Of a stretch of 64,000 nt of DNA, positions 63,933 to 64,000 are shown piece after piece; positions within the stretch are counted from its first letter, which is position 1, and the number at the start of each line of letters is the position of its first letter. Location of the stretch: positions 69,703 through 133,702 of the forward strand of contig JAHDDW010000005.1 of the NCBI GenBank assembly GCA_020629155.1. Direction: 5' to 3'. A program made the position numbers and the translations under genes. This DNA is from Acidimicrobiales bacterium. Lineage in GTDB: Bacteria; Actinomycetota; Acidimicrobiia; Acidimicrobiales; SZUA-35. Under the pieces are notes generated by a model. The model was not told where the DNA came from. It made no database searches and was given only the letters and a program-made list of their open reading frames with translations.

Positions 63933-64000
63933 AAGTGAGGATTCTGCTGCGGCTAAACCGCTTCGTCCTTTTGAATCAGAGCTTTCATCGCCGCATGCTG

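Overview
This 64-kb window looks like a chromosomal segment from a moderate-GC member of the Actinomycetota. Evidence for that placement: a WhiB-family regulator, the bS22 mini ribosomal protein, an LPXTG-anchored surface protein, and a Mycobacterium-like gene order (hom-thrC ... pth-rplY-prs-tRNA-Gln ... ispE-rsmA-x-tatD). The backbone is housekeeping: acyl-CoA carboxylase beta, tadA, thrC, hom, pth, rplY, prs, ispE, rsmA, tatD, rmuC, dapE, aat, folK and nhaA. It is interrupted many times by accessory DNA. The accessory content includes four type II toxin-antitoxin pairs (ParDE, MazEF, VapBC, HigBA), a serpin, an orphan DUF234-type ATPase, a class II Fic protein, an IS256-family transposase remnant inside a broken nucleotidyltransferase-like gene, and a tRNA-Ser-adjacent block of unknown ORFs next to a DUF2828/vWA gene. 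One gene of 13.3 kb (41225-54508, minus strand) encodes a 4427-aa LPXTG surface protein made of about 20 Ig-like repeats, ending in eight Cys-rich tandem modules. The signal least explained by ordinary annotation is a composite palindromic, VNTR-bearing, MITE-like repeat. It occurs twice, at 55802-56025 and 60574-60887, in inverted orientation, and the two copies bracket a 4.5-kb fasciclin/whiB/nfeD/STAS/receiver/SH3-lipoprotein segment. Two conserved micro-ORFs below the ORF-track cutoff were found by eye: bS22 (31 aa) and an AccE-like peptide (53 aa). I saw no rRNA, CRISPR array, intact transposase or integrase. All family names come from motif recognition by eye; no database search, HMM, fold prediction or composition calculation was run.
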